Part shown: piece by piece, positions 58,447-64,000 of the stretch
How the letters are laid out: each line of letters opens with the position of its first letter
Numbering within the stretch: the stretch's first letter is position 1
Origin: a cyanobacterium endosymbiont of Rhopalodia gibba
Lineage (GTDB): Bacteria; Cyanobacteriota; Cyanobacteriia; Cyanobacteriales; Microcystaceae
Direction of reading: 5' to 3'
DNA: 64,000 nucleotides
NCBI GenBank assembly: GCA_045159875.1
Contig: CP067995.1
Span: forward strand, 1,984,001 to 2,048,000
Position numbers and translations under genes: made by a program
The notes under the pieces: model-generated
Told to the model about the DNA's origin: nothing
Databases searched by the model: none
The model's input: only the letters and a program-made list of their open reading frames with translations

Positions 58447-61400
58447 ATGACATTCTATAATCACATCGTTGATAAAGGTCGTTTAAAAAAGTTAATTGCT
58501 TGGGCTTACCGGAGTTATGGGTCTGCGAAAAGCTCTCAAATGGCTGATAATTTAAAAGATTTAGGATTTCGCTATGCTACCAAAGCTGGGGTGTCGATTA
58601 GCATTGATGACTTAACAATTCCCCCCACCAAACGGGGATTACTCGATAGTGCTGAACAATCAATACGTACCACTCAAGATCGCTATGCTAAAGGAGAAAT
58701 TACTGAAGTTGAACGTTTTACCAAAGTAATTGATACTTGGAATAGTACATCAGAAGAATTGAAAAATGAAGTAATTAGGAATTTTCAAGAAACCGATCCC
58801 CTCAATTCGGTATATATGATGGCATTTTCCGGCGCACGAGGAAATATGAGCCAAGTCCGTCAATTAGTAGGAATGCGGGGATTAATGGCTGATCCTCAAG
58901 GGGAAATTATTGACTTACCCATTAAAACAAATTTCCGAGAAGGGTTAACCGTAACAGAATATGTTATTTCTTCCTATGGGGCACGTAAAGGCTTAGTAGA
59001 TACAGCCCTAAGAACAGCCGACTCAGGCTATTTAACTCGTCGTTTAGTGGATGTTTCCCAAGATGTGATTGTGAGGGAAGTAGATTGTGGAACTAAGCGG
59101 GGACTGAAAGTGGTTGCCATGAAAGATGGTGATCGCGTCAAAATTCCCCTAGTAGACCGTTTATTAGGACGGGTATTAGCCGAAGATATTGTCGTAGATG
59201 GGCAAGTGTTAGCCCATCGCAATCAAAGTATTGATTCAGAGCTTGCCTCCTTAATCAGTGAACATGTCGAAGAAGTCATGGTGCGATCCCCTTTGACCTG
59301 TGAGGCAGCTCGCTCAGTTTGTCAGCAGTGCTATGGTTGGAGTTTAGCTGTTGGTCGTCTCGTGGATTTAGGGGAAGCAGTAGGCATTATTGCTGCCCAA
59401 TCTATCGGAGAACCAGGAACGCAACTAACTATGCGGACTTTCCACACTGGAGGAGTCTTTACAGGAGAAGTAGCTAGGGTAATTAAAGCCCCCAACAACG
59501 GAACTGTAACTTGGGGAAAAGGATTAAGTACTCGTAAAGTACGGACTCGTCATGGGGATGAAGCTTTTCAAGTAGAAATTGCAGGGGATATCATTTGGAC
59601 TCCAAACGGCTCAGGGAAAAAAGTAGCCAACTCTGTTACCCCAGGCTCCTTTATCTTTGTGGCTGATGGAACGGAAGTTGGACCAGACCAGCTATTAGCT
59701 GAAGTGACTAATGCACGGATACAAAAGTCAACTGAACGGGCAACCAAAGATGTAACCACTGATTTAGCTGGGGAAGTGCTTTTTGCCCAGTTAATGCCAG
59801 AAGAAAAAACAGATCGTCAGGGGAATAGCACCCGTATTGCTCAACGGGGAGGGTTACTGTGGGTGCTGTCAGGACAAGTCTATAACTTGCCGCCAGCAGC
59901 AGAACCCGTTGTGGCTAACGGAGATAAGGTAAAACCGGGGACGATTTTAGCAGAAACGAAATTAGTCTCAGCCAGTGGGGGTGTAGTGCGCACCGCTACT
60001 GGTAGTCGTGAAATTGAGATTATTACGGCCTCAGTTCTATTAGATCAAGCGGCCGTCAAAATGGAAGGGACCGGAGGTCGAGAACAATATGTTATTCATA
60101 CAGCCGATGGACAGCAGTTTTTATTGTTGGCAGCTCCTAAAACTAAAGTACAAAATCATGCCATCATTGCTGAATTAATTGATGATCGCTATCAGACTAA
60201 CACTGGCGGAATTTTACGCTATGGTGGTATTGAAGTATCCAAAGGAAGTCGCAAGACAGGGTATGAAGTAACTAAAGGGGGAACTTTGTTATGGATTCCT
60301 GAAGAAACTCATGAAGTTAATAAAGATATTTCATTACTCTTATCCGAGGATGGGCAGTTTGTTGAAGCAGGAACTGAAGTCGTCAAAGATATTTTCTGTG
60401 CCAGCAGTGGAGTGGTCGAAGTAGTTCAAAAAAATGATATTCTTCGAGAAATTATTATTAAACCGGGAGACTTTTACTTTGATGTTGACCCAGACAAGGT
60501 TGGCATTGAAAACGGCGCATTAATTCCTCCAGGAACTCAAGTGTTACCTGATGTTACTACTGTAAGTCTGTGTCAAGGAGAATGGATTGAAAGTCCCGAT
60601 GGATTAGGCTTACTGCTGCGTCCAGTTGAAGAATATCTTGTTTCAGACGAACCACTAGCTCCTTCTCAAGGATCCATTAATGACGGTCGGGGACGGACTA
60701 TTGAGTTACTTCCTTGTCAGAAACTATTTTTTAAAGACGGGGAACGAGTTAAATCAGTCGATGGCACTCAGTTGTTAAGTACCCAGCTAGTCTTAGAAAT
60801 TGATCAGAACGAATCGGAACATGGAACGAATCTCGTGGCTGACATTGAACTAAAAACTGATGAAGACGCTGACTGTCAACGATTACAGCTAGTTATTTTG
60901 GAATCTTTGGTGCTACGTCGAGATCTTGATAGTGATCCTCACGGAGGCAAGATCCAAACTAATATACTAGTATCCAATGGAGAGCAAATTCCCCCTGGGG
61001 CTATAGTGGCTAAGACAGAAATTCAGTGTACTGCTATTGGCGAAGTACGAGGTATAAAGCAAGGAATTGAAGCAATTCGCCGAATTTTAGTAGTACGTGA
61101 TGACGACTTAGAAACCATTACAGTTGACAAAAAACCCATCGTTAGTCCAGGAGACTTGATGGTAGCTGATGCTGAGTTAGCCGCCGGCGTTAAAGTACAG
61201 TCGTCAGGGCGGGTGGTAGGCGTCTCCCAAACTCAGGATAATTCAGGGTTCGAGATTGTTTTACGTAGAGCTCGACCTTATCGGGTCTCTCCTGGAGCTA
61301 TTTTGCATATTGACGATGGAGATTTAGTGCAACGGGGGGATAATTTAGTACTATTAGTGTTTGAACGTTCTAAAACTGGAGATATTATCCAAGGGCTGCC

Positions 61401-62382
61401 TCGAATTGAGGAATTGTTAGAAGCTCGTAAGCCGAAGGAGAGTTGTATACTAGCTCGAAAACCAGGTATCACTCAAGTTGAGTATTCAGATGATGAAATG
61501 GTGGATGTGAAGATTATTGAAGATGATGGAACGATCAGTGAATACCCCATCCTTCCTCCCCAGAATGTAATGGTGTCTGATGGAACTCGTGTAGAAGTCG
61601 GTGATCAGTTAACCGATGGACCAGCGAATCCTCATGAAATCCTAGACGTATTTTTCAATTATTATGTGGACTTGCTAGGGGTTTATGAAGCTGCTCTTAA
61701 GGGATTACGAGCAGCCCAAAAATTCTTGGTCAATCAAGTACAAATGGTTTATCAGTCCCAAGGGATTGATATTTCTGATAAGCATATTGAAGTCATTGTT
61801 CGCCAGATGACCGCTAAGGTTCGGGTAGATGATGGAGGAGATACCACCATGTTACCGGGGGAATTAGTTGAGTTGCGCCAAATTGAACAGGTCAATGAAG
61901 CGATGGCTATCACAGGAGGTGCACCAGCGAGATATACCCCAATTCTCTTGGGAATTACCAAGGCTTCGCTAAATACAGACTCGTTTATTAGTGCGGCTTC
62001 CTTCCAAGAGACAACTAGGGTTTTGACCGAGGCAGCGATCGAAGGTAAATCCGACTGGTTACGGGGTCTTAAAGAAAATGTGATTATCGGTCGTTTAATT
62101 CCAGCTGGAACGGGTTTTCATACCCATGAGGATCTCTCCATGGGAGATATAGAAATCGACTCAGAACGGCTATCCCGTTCGACTTCATATAACAATAGTG
62201 AATCGGAAAAATCTGGCTCATGGGAGTCTTTGACTTCCTTCTCAGACTCTAACTCATCAGGACACTTATTAAAATCCAATTTAGATGAAGTAGACGAGCA
62301 TATGGTTCTTGATGATAATATTGCCCGTGCTTACACTAAATCTGATATCCCTTGGGAACTTGATTCTAATACTACAGAGTAA
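58447..62382 (+). CDS. rpoC2: RNA polymerase subunit RpoC2 (cyanobacterial beta')
   Basis: [34 protein letters not shown], large SI3 insertion, SAASFQET. Confidence 0.98.
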   Translation: MTFYNHIVDKGRLKKLIAWAYRSYGSAKSSQMADNLKDLGFRYATKAGVSISIDDLTIPPTKRGLLDSAEQSIRTTQDRYAKGEITEVERFTKVIDTWNSTSEELKNEVIRNFQETDPLNSVYMMAFSGARGNMSQVRQLVGMRGLMADPQGEIIDLPIKTNFREGLTVTEYVISSYGARKGLVDTALRTADSGYLTRRLVDVSQDVIVREVDCGTKRGLKVVAMKDGDRVKIPLVDRLLGRVLAEDIVVDGQVLAHRNQSIDSELASLISEHVEEVMVRSPLTCEAARSVCQQCYGWSLAVGRLVDLGEAVGIIAAQSIGEPGTQLTMRTFHTGGVFTGEVARVIKAPNNGTVTWGKGLSTRKVRTRHGDEAFQVEIAGDIIWTPNGSGKKVANSVTPGSFIFVADGTEVGPDQLLAEVTNARIQKSTERATKDVTTDLAGEVLFAQLMPEEKTDRQGNSTRIAQRGGLLWVLSGQVYNLPPAAEPVVANGDKVKPGTILAETKLVSASGGVVRTATGSREIEIITASVLLDQAAVKMEGTGGREQYVIHTADGQQFLLLAAPKTKVQNHAIIAELIDDRYQTNTGGILRYGGIEVSKGSRKTGYEVTKGGTLLWIPEETHEVNKDISLLLSEDGQFVEAGTEVVKDIFCASSGVVEVVQKNDILREIIIKPGDFYFDVDPDKVGIENGALIPPGTQVLPDVTTVSLCQGEWIESPDGLGLLLRPVEEYLVSDEPLAPSQGSINDGRGRTIELLPCQKLFFKDGERVKSVDGTQLLSTQLVLEIDQNESEHGTNLVADIELKTDEDADCQRLQLVILESLVLRRDLDSDPHGGKIQTNILVSNGEQIPPGAIVAKTEIQCTAIGEVRGIKQGIEAIRRILVVRDDDLETITVDKKPIVSPGDLMVADAELAAGVKVQSSGRVVGVSQTQDNSGFEIVLRRARPYRVSPGAILHIDDGDLVQRGDNLVLLVFERSKTGDIIQGLPRIEELLEARKPKESCILARKPGITQVEYSDDEMVDVKIIEDDGTISEYPILPPQNVMVSDGTRVEVGDQLTDGPANPHEILDVFFNYYVDLLGVYEAALKGLRAAQKFLVNQVQMVYQSQGIDISDKHIEVIVRQMTAKVRVDDGGDTTMLPGELVELRQIEQVNEAMAITGGAPARYTPILLGITKASLNTDSFISAASFQETTRVLTEAAIEGKSDWLRGLKENVIIGRLIPAGTGFHTHEDLSMGDIEIDSERLSRSTSYNNSESEKSGSWESLTSFSDSNSSGHLLKSNLDEVDEHMVLDDNIARAYTKSDIPWELDSNTTE

Positions 62383-62422
62383 GATGACTTAGATTAACAT
62401 AAATTTAACTTATAGATTTTAC

Positions 62423-62475
62423 TAACCACTCAAACCAGGCCTTCAGTTTTACTGAAGGCCTGGTTTGAATGGTTA
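62423..62475 (+). terminator. Long hairpin after rpoC2, putative terminator
   Basis: 25-bp arms with one mismatch: TAACCACTCAAACCAGGCCTTCAGT-TTT-ACTGAAGGCCTGGTTTGAATGGTTA. Confidence 0.7.
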
Positions 62476-62684
62476 ATAAATAAAATATTATTGAATTTTT
62501 TAAAAGTGGGAGAATTACCAGCTTTTCAACAAATAACTCGTCTTCAGATAAAGCGATGTAAATTTAAGTAAATCGTTAATATAACCTCAATTCGATGTTA
62601 GAAGTTAGGTTAAAATATGGGAGGATAAAAATAAGGCATCATTAACATAAATGCTTAATTATTCTTGAATAAGCGAGAGAAATC

Positions 62685-63380
62685 ATGTCAAATCCTGGGA
62701 AAATATTGTTAGTAGATGATGAACCTGGAATTCGTCAATCCACACAAGCTTACTTAGAATATAGTGGAGATTTTGAAGTTAAAGTTGCCAGTAATGCTAA
62801 TCAAGCTTGGGAGCTTATTGAGAAAAACATCCCTGATCTAGTCATTTCTGATATTATGATGCCACAGGTGGATGGCTATCAATTTTTACAAAAACTTCGA
62901 GAAGATGCTAGGTATCAAGCCCTTCCCGTTGTTTTTTTAACCGCTAGGGGAATGACTCCGGATCGCATTCGAGGATATCAGTCCGGTTGTGATGCTTATT
63001 TATCTAAACCCTTTGATCCTGAAGAATTGGAAGCTATCATTAAAAGTCTACTTGAACGTCGACAAGTGAGTATTCAGTCAAACAGTGAAACAACAAAACT
63101 CGAAGAAATTGTCCAGGAGATTCGAGAACTTAAAGCGCAAATTGTTCAACAACCTCATTTAGTAACTACTCCTTCTCCCCTTAAAATTGAATTAACTCCG
63201 CGAGAACAAAGTGTTTTAGATTTGGTAGCAGAAGGGCTAATGAATAAAGAGATTGCCGTGCGTTTGAATACCAGCGTAAGAAATGTAGAAAAATATGTTA
63301 GTCGTTTGTTTGGTAAAACAGAAACTAACAGTCGAACAGAACTGGTTCGTTTTGCCCTCAAACACGGTCTAACCAATTGA
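62685..63380 (+). CDS. NarL/LuxR-family response regulator (Ycf29/Rre1-like)
   Basis: Receiver domain LLVDDE..SDIMMP..FLTA..KPF plus HTH LTPREQSVL..GLMNKEIA..RNVEKYVSRL. Confidence 0.9.
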   Translation: MSNPGKILLVDDEPGIRQSTQAYLEYSGDFEVKVASNANQAWELIEKNIPDLVISDIMMPQVDGYQFLQKLREDARYQALPVVFLTARGMTPDRIRGYQSGCDAYLSKPFDPEELEAIIKSLLERRQVSIQSNSETTKLEEIVQEIRELKAQIVQQPHLVTTPSPLKIELTPREQSVLDLVAEGLMNKEIAVRLNTSVRNVEKYVSRLFGKTETNSRTELVRFALKHGLTN

Positions 63381-63898
63381 AAGATAATCGTTAAGAAATA
63401 TTAATGTTGATACAGTTTTAAGTTCTTCTTCTATAAGAGTTTAAGTCAATTTTGTTAGCTATTTTACTACTAGAACTTACCTCTATACACTGAAAAAATC
63501 CTTTTGCTAGAATTGCTGTTCTAAAAAGTGTAAAGTTAAGATTTAAAATCTGCTTTCTAATTCTATTTTTTTAGAACGTTCTATGTCTCCTGTTTATTTG
63601 GCAAAATTCCGTTAATCTATTCAATTTAATTGTCCTGTTAATGCATTTGTCCGTGTGCCTAAAAATCAAAATTAGTTTTATAGCTGCTTTACTCTGTCAT
63701 TTCTCTTATAATTCAACATGAGTTCAACGAAAAGTTGTCGAAAAAAATAGAATTAGCACTTTTTTTAAAAAAAGGTAATTTTTGGGCTGGGGAATAGATG
63801 AATGTATGACTATTCATTGGTCAGGGCATCGGATACTGAAATAACTTTAATATATTACAGAATTTTTCCCACTGCTCAATCGATCTGAAAGTAGAAAA

Positions 63899-63971
63899 TG
63901 CCAGGAGGCGGATTTGAACCGCCGACACGAGGATTTTCAGTCCACTGCTCTACCAACTGAGCTATCCCGGC
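63899..63971 (-). tRNA. tRNA-Phe(GAA)
   Basis: Reverse complement reads GCCGGGATAGCTCAGTTGGTAGAGCAGTGGACTGAAAATCCTCGTGTCGGCGGTTCAAATCCGCCTCCTGGCA. Confidence 0.96.
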
Positions 63972-64000
63972 AACTAACTTTTTTAATCCTTTACAAGCCT

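Noticed and set aside
60914..60921. TACGTCGA match to the candidate guide inside rpoC2 (also on the reverse strand at 861-868)
   Set aside because: An 8-nt match is expected by chance in 64 kb and does not extend.
13028..63376. Numerous short antisense or alternate-frame ORFs inside hhoA, tonB, infB, sat, gatB, metH, ispG, rpoB, rpoC2 and the response regulator
   Set aside because: Shadow ORFs of real genes with no independent motifs.

Overview
This window comes from a unicellular cyanobacterium (Crocosphaera/Cyanothece-type proteins and gene order) whose genome is actively decaying. Intact CDS add up to only about 38 kb of 64 kb (~60%). The rest is recognisable pseudogenes and very AT-rich, ORF-free deserts. 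This pattern best fits a recently reduced endosymbiont such as a rhopalodiacean diatom spheroid body/diazoplast (inference, not proven from this window). Intact genes are a STAS protein, an NDP-sugar epimerase, sucCD-like genes, hhoA, a TonB-like protein, an M50 protease, argF, rimP-nusA-ylxR-infB, an AAA_35/WD40 protein, sat, a pyrC-like gene, rsmE, a HEAT-repeat protein, ubiX, a hisN-like gene, gatB, metH, ispG, rpsT-tatD-rpoB-rpoC2, a NarL-type regulator, tRNA-Ala(GGC) and tRNA-Phe(GAA). Pseudogenes include a B12 radical SAM protein, a GT4 glycosyltransferase, a type I secretion ABC transporter, a MazG-like pyrophosphohydrolase, a conserved membrane protein, a sugar ABC permease, an IS605-type tnpB and menG. 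The most interesting observation is a structured ~165-nt non-coding element between ispG and rpsT. It resembles the omega/reRNA scaffold of TnpB RNA-guided nucleases and ends in GTCAA followed by a candidate guide, but has no adjacent nuclease gene. Other notable points are many unrelated long perfect palindromes in decayed DNA, apparently catalytically degenerate SucCD and PyrC kept intact, and erosion of HIP1.
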